A stretch of 64,000 nucleotides of DNA from Camelus ferus (Eukaryota): the NCBI RefSeq assembly GCF_009834535.1, contig NC_045698.1, forward strand, positions 10,604,001 to 10,668,000, given 5' to 3'. The notes beneath the pieces were generated by a model that saw only the letters and a list, made by a program, of their open reading frames with translations, made no database searches and had not been told where the DNA came from. The translations under genes were made by a program, and so were the position numbers. The first letter of the stretch is position 1. Each line of letters starts with the position of its first letter. Below, piece after piece: positions 56,329-64,000 of this stretch.

Positions 56329-57049
56329 TTTTTTTTTAAACATTTTTTTATTGAGTTATAGTCATTTTACAATGTTGTGTCAAATTCCAGTGTAGAGCAC
56401 AATTTTTCAGTTATACATGAACATACATATATTCATTGTCACAATTTTTTTCACTGTGAGCTAGCACAAGATCTTGTATATATTTCCCTGTGCTGTACAG
56501 TTTAATCTTATTTATCTATTCTGCATTTTGAAATCCCAGTCTGTCACTTCCCACCCTCCGCCCCCTTGGCAACCACATGTTTGTATTCTATGTCTGTGAG
56601 TCTGTTTCTATTTTGTATTTATGTTTATTATTATTATTATTATTTTAGATTCCATATATGAGCTATCTCATATGGTATTTTTCTTTCTCTTTCTGGCTTA
56701 CTTCACTTAGAATGACATTCTCCAGGGACATCCATGCTGCTGCAAATGGTGTTATGTTGTCATTTTTATGGCTGAATAGTATTCCATTGTATAGATATAC
56801 CACATCTTCTTTATCCAGTCATCTGTTGATGGACATTTAGGCTGTTTCCATGTCTAGGCTATTGTAAACAGTGCTGCTATGAACATTGGGGAGCAGGTGT
56901 AATTTTGAAGTAGGGTTCCTTCTGGATATATGCCCAGGAGTGGGATTCTTGGGTCATATGGTAAGTCTATTCCTAGTCTTTTGAAGAATCTCCATACTGT
57001 TTTCCACAGTGGCTGTACCAAACTGCATTCCCACCAGCAGCGTAGGAGA
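56329..57049 (-). mobile_element. Young lineage-specific L1, 5'-truncated, with perfect 17-bp TSD
   Basis: TSD ggaccctcccaactctt at 56312-56328 and 57050-57066. ORF 56854..57105 contains L1 ORF2 sequence ([18 protein letters not shown]). Confidence 0.96.
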
Positions 57050-57996
57050 GGACCCTCCCAACTCTTGACTGACACTCCTGTAAATCTCTGCCATGCAGCT
57101 GCCATGTGGACCGGGGCTGGCTGATAATCCTTTGATGAGGAAGGCTGGGTCAGTAGCTCTTACGTGCCCAGTGCCAAGAGCATATGTACAAAAGAGATTG
57201 AATATGAGGCCCATGCCTTCAAGGAGGCTACACTGAGAATGTGCAACCAGTAAAGAGTGATTAAAATGCTAAAGATTAGAAGTGAGACCGCCTTGAACAG
57301 TGACAGCCACTGTGTGTGCTGGAAAAGCTAGGAAGGGCCCTGGGCTGGCAGGGAGGAGGGTAGAGGGCTTTAGGTGGGGGGCAGAGCCTACCTTCTCGGT
57401 GAGCCCAGAGAAGAGGCTGGGCGTGGGGCAGTGGAGAGAAATTAAGTCAGGTGGGGTCAGGGGACCCCAGGCAGGGGAGTTAAGATTGGATCTGACTGGC
57501 AATAGGAAAAACTGAGAGCTTGTGAGTGTAGAGCTTATGAAGCCTGATCTGGTAGGAAGGGGCATAATAGACAAATGGGAAGGAATGAGCCAAAAAAACC
57601 ACCTCTCCAAGGACCAGGTATTCAGTCCAGGATCCAGGGCACTGGTGCTGGGAAAAGATGGGGGCCAACATTTATTTTGATGCAAGAAGTGATATCTGCT
57701 TCTCATCTTCCTTGGGCATCCCCATCCTGAGTCAGCCTCCCTGAGGGCAGGGCCAGGTTGTCAATCAACACTGGTGAAAGGAAAGAACTATGTCAGGGTT
57801 TCTAGGTGAGTTGCAGCAGGGGTGTCACTGCCTGGAACCGGGTGCCCGAGAACACAAGCTGAAAACTCCACCTGGGACTATCATTCTCCAAGATAAGAAG
57901 AGAAGTACAGTACTTAGTTACAACAAAGCCTAAATAAAAAGTGGATGTTCTAACCAAGTTTAAAGAGGGTATAATCTTTAGGGAAGGATGTTTGAC

Positions 57997-58031
57997 CAGA
58001 GCCAGCAGAGCCAGCAGAGCCAGCAGAGCCA
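57997..58031 (+). repeat. 9-bp tandem repeat (cagagccag) x about 4
   Basis: Direct read. Confidence 0.9.
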
Positions 58032-60634
58032 GGCAGCCTTGACCCTGACATCTAAGGACCCTGAACTTGGAAAAATGCCTACAAGATGCTGTGAGTTGCT
58101 GCAGCCACACACAGATCCCACTCTGTGTGCAGTGACTGCCCGTGGGACCCCATTTATCTCTGGACCCGGCCTGGCCACAGATCTCACCTCTGAGCTCCCC
58201 TCACCTCGGTGGCTTTGCTCAACAGTTCACAGGCATTTCCCCCAACCCCCAAGGGGTGGTGTATGCACAGAGCTGGCAGCGTGGTGAGGACTGCAGGGAT
58301 CAGGGCTGGTGAGAGCACCCGACATCCAGCAGCACTGTTCGCCGAAGGGACACAGGCTAAGTGGTCTGAGATGCACAGGGCATGAAGGGGCAGAATAAAC
58401 GGGCCAATCTGATCCCAAGGGAGTTTGCCCTGGACGTTTGCAGCTGATGCCCAGTGGCCCAGCTAGCCAGGTGACCTCAGGAGAGCAGCAAGCAAGGCCC
58501 CAGCTGGAGCAGTTTCCTGCCCCATTTGCTCTCTGGCGTTTGGGGTGGGGGGTGGGCACAGTAAGTTCTCTGCCTCTTCATTTGCCATCATTGCTTTTCT
58601 TTGTTGCTGACTGTTGAGCGATGAATGGGGTGACCACCCACTGGGGGAAAAATGTGTTTCTCTAAGTGGAAGAAGTCATGCTAACCAAATGTGTCTGCAA
58701 AGCAAATGTGTTTGCTAAGCTAACACGTATCTGATGGCAAACTTCTGTTGGGATAAACGGAAATATCGCTGGGATCTGTTTACACGGGCGAGAACCAAAT
58801 CCCACAGGCTGTAGATGGAGTCGAGCTTTATCTATTCTCTCAAGCAAAGGAGAACATGGTGTGTGCACTCTGTTTTGGGCACGAAGGCACGGTCGGGAAG
58901 CCTGCTGTGAACACCAGCTGTTCCAAGGCAACAGAACTCATTTTCAAAGGACATGGATTTTCGCCACAGTGGAGGCCTGGAAAAAGCTGAATGACTCCAG
59001 CTGGAAGTGTATCGGGCAGTTTCATGTGCACCCAGCCCTGACTCTGCAGCTATGGGAAGACAAGAGAGGAGGGAGGGGGGCTGCAGAGAGAAGCCCCGGG
59101 CGTGACCTGAAGGCAGCTGGCGCAGCACCAGAGCTTTGGGGATGCTCCAATTAAATGCCTTTTTTTCTCTCTCTCTCCTTTCTTCATTGTCACCCCAATT
59201 ATTAATAGTTCTTCCACAGAAAATCCTTTCGCTTGCTGTTAGATCGGTTTAGAGAGAAATCTTCCCCGGTTGACTAACCGCTGTAATTTGCAAATAAGCT
59301 GTGGTTAAAAGCTGACCCCCATAGACAGATCACTTCTTAAGGCGCAGTTGGATTGTTTTTCCCATGGAGGTGATAGACATAATATGCAAATAACAGAGCT
59401 TGCTACAAATCATACAGTAAGCTTGCTTCTTAACGGACATGGCCTTAAGATCGGTACACCGAGGTTTGGGATGGAGCGATCTTCTTATCTTGGAACAGGG
59501 TTGAGGTTGCATTTAGCACTATCTTGTCCTAAAACTTTGAAGAAATAGGTATGGTGCTTGCTTCAGCGTAACATGAGGCGGTGGAAATAGACAATTCTTC
59601 CTGTGCTTTGGGAGGTCTGCTCTTGTGTTTTCCTTTGCTGTGCCGTACGTTTTCAGAGGTAATGGAACTAGAAAGCGGTGCACAGAAACGATGTGCTACT
59701 CTCTGCTGCTTGGCTGAGGGACCTCAAATGCCTGGACCCAGGTGTGGTCCACAGCTGGTCACTCATCACACACTGCTGCAAGCAGCGGCTCTTTCTTGAA
59801 GCTGGATTTTTTACGTTCACGCACAGAAACATTTACCATTTTCTCTGCGGCGTGCCGATGGCAACGCAAAATTTGGTTGTTGCTCTGGAGCCTCTACCGC
59901 CAAACAACAAAATGCAGTCTGCAAGAAGAGGGTGGAAAAAACTGACTTCCAATGACAGAAAAGTCCGATCAGGACCTACTAAGCACCCTTGTTTGCCATT
60001 TGAACAGGCAGCATTTTTTGCATTTGGTGGGGAAAAGGATGCAGCTTTTCTTCTAAATTAGAGAATCCTCTGAACAATATGTGGTTCTGAAACTCACTGT
60101 GAGTGAAAATAAGTCCAAAATCAATGTGAAACTGACTAACGAGATATGGAAAAATGAAGAAGGAAAATTTTGGATTCCTTAAGCAAACCCTCGCCCTTTT
60201 CAAATGAGAACTGTACAGGACATATTGCAAAGGCAGATTGTAGCACAAAATACATAAAAGCAAATATCTTGAGATGAGCTCAGAGACTGAAAGGCTGGTT
60301 AATTAGTCCTTTTGCAATGTAAAACCTTATTAAGTGTTCTGTTCCTTGGTATAATTAAAATTATATTGGACACATTTTCTTTTCAGATTGTCAGAGCGGA
60401 TTACAGCTGAAAAAAAATTTTTCATGTGATATTTTTACCAAGAAATTTATATCTGTGCCTTTTGAGTATCATTTGATGCATGTATCTTAGGTTTAACAGA
60501 ATCACTGGACTAAAAGCTTTCTTTTTTTTACCAGGTGGTTCATTTACCTCCTGTCTTTACATAGGACACATTAGATGCCTTCTTTAGCTCTGGAGTCTTT
60601 AAATTCTCTAGGTCCCTCCTGAAAACAAATTCCA

Positions 60635-60858
60635 TTGCTTCTGCTCTGTTCTTAATGCCTAGCATTCCTCTGAAACAGCCTTGGTTTGGAAACTGACAAG
60701 CATGTACAGTGTTTCTGAAAGTGTGTTCCAGGAACACTGTTTCCTGTTGCTTCTGCTCTGTTCTTAATGCCTAACATCCCTCTGAAACAGCCTGGGTTTG
60801 GAAACTGACAAGCGTGTACAGTGTTTCTGAAAGTGTGTTCCAGGAACACTGTTTCCTG
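60635..60858 (+). repeat. 112-bp tandem duplication (60635-60746 / 60747-60858)
   Basis: Two adjacent copies with 4 substitutions by manual alignment. Confidence 0.95.
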
Positions 60859-61060
60859 GATGTTAATAAGTGCTATATATAAAAATAAAGCGAAAGGCAG
60901 GCGAACAACTTTAGGATTCAAAGTTAAACATCTCTCTCTTTCTTTTTTAAGAACTTCTCAAAGCCTTTATATGCCAATGTGTGTTTTAAATCTCCAAGGG
61001 GACAATGGTATTTAGGGTTTCCCAAATGTTTTGCCCACTAAATCCTGCTTTGGGGGCACA
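60819..61060. mobile_element. Ancient hAT-Charlie-like DNA transposon remnant (Charlie4-like)
   Basis: cagtgtttctgaaagtgtgttccaggaacact...gatgttaata and aatctccaagggg...gtttcccaaatgttttgcccac resemble a recalled Charlie4 consensus. Confidence 0.5.
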
Positions 61061-64000
61061 TGTCACACTGCTGACTTTCCTAAAGAAGATACACTCTTGG
61101 GAGGTGGGCACACAGAGCTGAGGCAATGAGCACTGGGCACAGGAGAATAAAGACCCATTAGCAGTGCTCACGGATGGTTCTCACAGGGTGACACTGTTAG
61201 GAGCCGCAGGCTCACAGGGATCTAGTAACTGCCCCGGCATAGCTGGCTTTGGGATACTGGAGATGTCACCGGTCACCTTGCATGATTCAGATGGCCACGG
61301 AGTTTCTCTAACTGTGTGATTCTCAGTATCTGTGTGTGATAGCCTGAGGCAGCTGGAGATTCTCCAGGACTCTTCTGAAAGTTAATTTAGCCTTTCTTGC
61401 TTTAGGTATTAATTCTGAGGTCTCTAGTTTGCATAGAATTTCTCAGTTTCCTTTCTTAATTATCTTGTTGGTATCTGCAGACCAAATCTATAGACTTCTT
61501 TGCTGTGTTAGATAGTAACTCACACTGACTCACTGACATATGTTATCAAAGCTGCACGTATAACAACTTTGTAGATGGTTCTATCCCAGTGCAAAAATAT
61601 TCACCTTACCTTCCCACACGGAAAGTTAAGAGCACACTGTCACTGGATAACACACGCTGCTGGCTGTTTACCCAGGTACACTGGGCTCTCTGCCTAACCA
61701 GACATCAGTCAACAGGTGGTTTTGACAATCTCACTCCAACAGCCTGTGCTTCTAGCCATTTTGATTAGTACCTGAGCTAGACGTTTTGAGAAGGTATGTA
61801 TACATACATAAAGTTAGTAGGTAGTTTCTGCTTTGTTCTCAATCTAGGTGGGGAGATAAGGTAAATTTATAAAACTTGTACAAGTAGACATAGTTATATG
61901 CGGCTTGGGGGCAATTTTGTAACCACAATTTTCAATTTTGCCACTTCAATACATTTGTGTCAAAACCACTAGGTACAAGTTGCCTAATTCAATAGTTGTT
62001 GAATAAAATAAAACCATTAATCAGTGAAAGAGAATTGCCCCCTCCCCCCCATAGCACCTCTCTCTGCTTACTACCTGCCCTCCTCCCCCTAAAAAAACCC
62101 AACAAAACTCTACACATCCCATCAAAAAAAAATTGGGAGGGGAGAAACAATCTATGTATGCCTATATCTTGAACACGGTTAAAACAAGGGACTCCAATGT
62201 TTTAAATGGAATGTTATCACAATTTTAATAATTGCCATCTAGTAACTATCTTGGAGTCCAACAGAACCCTCCCTTTATGGCAGTATCTGATGAGCGCGTG
62301 GTATTTGACCATCACGAACTGGGAACCCTTTTCTCAGGAAGCCAGGGGAGCGAGTGCTGGCTGTGCCGTGGCAGGAGGTCAACCTCCCGTGACGAGGGCA
62401 GGGACGACTCTGCAGAGCGCCAGGAGCGAGAGGGAGAGTTCCTGTGTGTGCTGTTCTTGGAGGCCCTTCTAATGGGAATGGGCCCTAGCTGCTCTTGCAT
62501 CAGATGTGATCCATCTTCCGGACAGTTTTAACCGTCCTCTTGTGACCTCTTGTAAGTATAAAAAGGAAATGTAGACAAAAGTGAATCTCTGAACTGACAC
62601 CTGATTAGGTAACGAAGAAGAAAGGGAGCTGGCCGGCAGCACCTTTGCACTGCGGAATTCTTCACTTTAGGAAGCCCATGTTATGTTAGCTATAACATCA
62701 CAATATAGGTTGCCATGAATTGAGAAAATATAGTTCTCCTTTAAAAATCTCATCTTCTTTTTTAATTCCGCGTGATGAAAGGTTTCTGGTGCCTCTTCTT
62801 TCCCAGCCCCTGCCTCAAACCGCCTACCACAGAGTCACAGCCACACCGATATCCCATCTGTGCTACTGAGTCAACACTTGGCCTTCATGAAGAAGGATTG
62901 TAAAATTTCTTGGCTGTTTAGGTACCAATTTTCCTAACCTGAACCAGTTGTGAGAAAGGTCAGCTTATTAAAATATTTTCAATTTTGGTATGTATGTCTT
63001 GACATGTGCTTTCACTAGGGTCATCCATTTAGGTTAGAAATCCCCAAAAATTGGGCACTGGGTCCCCCTACCATAAATCTACAAGCCAGCAAAGTAGCAC
63101 AGGACACAGGAGTGTTTAAGTGCTTTGATGAGATGTGTGTCCATCACAACAGAGAACCCTGATTCTCTTCCCCCACAGTTTTCTATTTCTCCTTGAAATC
63201 AACTGTTCATGGGAAGAAATGATGACTTTCCATAGAGATGAAAGCCAGAAGTAGGACCTGCAGATGTTCAGTTCTTATCCTTCTGAGTTTCCCAAACTTT
63301 TCAGGCTAAGGCCAGGGACCACTTGGATGAGAGGCCTCCAAAGAAAACTCTGGACCCACAGGAAGTGGAGTGGATGACTCAACAGGACGGCTCCTTCCTC
63401 TGAGTCAGCCTGGTTGGTCTCAGTGTGACCCTGGATTGGGCACTGGGCTTCTGAAGCCAAAACAGAATTAAGATCTGAAACCAAGCTTTTGCTCACAAAG
63501 GAGCCGAAACAGGAAGTTAGGTTTTGGGTGCCAGCTGAGTGGCAGCCAGACACTGACTGTTTTAGGTCTCCAGTGGCATCACTGCCCACTGTCCTGACTC
63601 TTCCTAGGGCTGTGTCCCACCAACAGCTCCTGAATCCCACCCAAGGGAGGGAAGATGGAAGATGCAATTCTGAATTTCATGGGAGAGGAAATAACACTTA
63701 TGAAAGCATGCAAATTATTAACTTTTAAGATGTAAAGTAGAATCATGATGGACATGTTTGTACCTGATAGCACTGATAAGGTTGTCCAGGATTAACTGAT
63801 TGATTTTGAGTTTAAAGTACCCAAGTGACAAGACTTATGAAATTAACCGTGAATTCAGTGCCTGGCTGTTTATCCCAGGATTTTCAGGTTTCAGGAATCT
63901 CTTGCAACGCTAAGAAACTAGAGACAAGCACGTGCTTAACTTCCACTTTCTGTGCCCTCTGACGCCATTCCACGTCCTTTGCTCCATGACTTATTATTCC

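Overview
This is a mammalian genomic window lying entirely inside one gene, ANKH (progressive ankylosis protein homolog), on the minus strand. It is almost certainly from a camelid, judged from four copies of a tRNA-Ala-derived Vic-1-like SINE and young, similar L1 3' ends. Seven internal coding exons, equivalent to human exons 2-8, were placed by hand with canonical AG/GT boundaries: 35718-35934, 29585-29703, 25439-25522, 20785-20955, 20307-20441, 18023-18115 and 14904-14999. They splice into an uninterrupted 915-nt frame (about residues 33-337). Exon 1 lies beyond the right edge and exons 9-12 beyond the left edge. The rest is intron, with L1, L2, MIR, MaLR/ERV LTR and DNA-transposon relics, microsatellites and a few small tandem duplications. 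Nearly all ORFs in the six-frame track are spurious. No prokaryote-type system (CRISPR, operon) is present. The most notable details are a duplicated 5' splice site at exon 4, a SINE/L1 chimera within one target-site duplication (TSD), an exon 2-8 block with circRNA-prone architecture, an L1 inserted beside the exon 4 branch-point region, a 112-bp tandem duplication carrying STAT-like motifs, and an Asn-Lys-Thr sequon in exon 3. Repeat subfamily names and human comparisons are from memory of consensus sequences, not from database searches.
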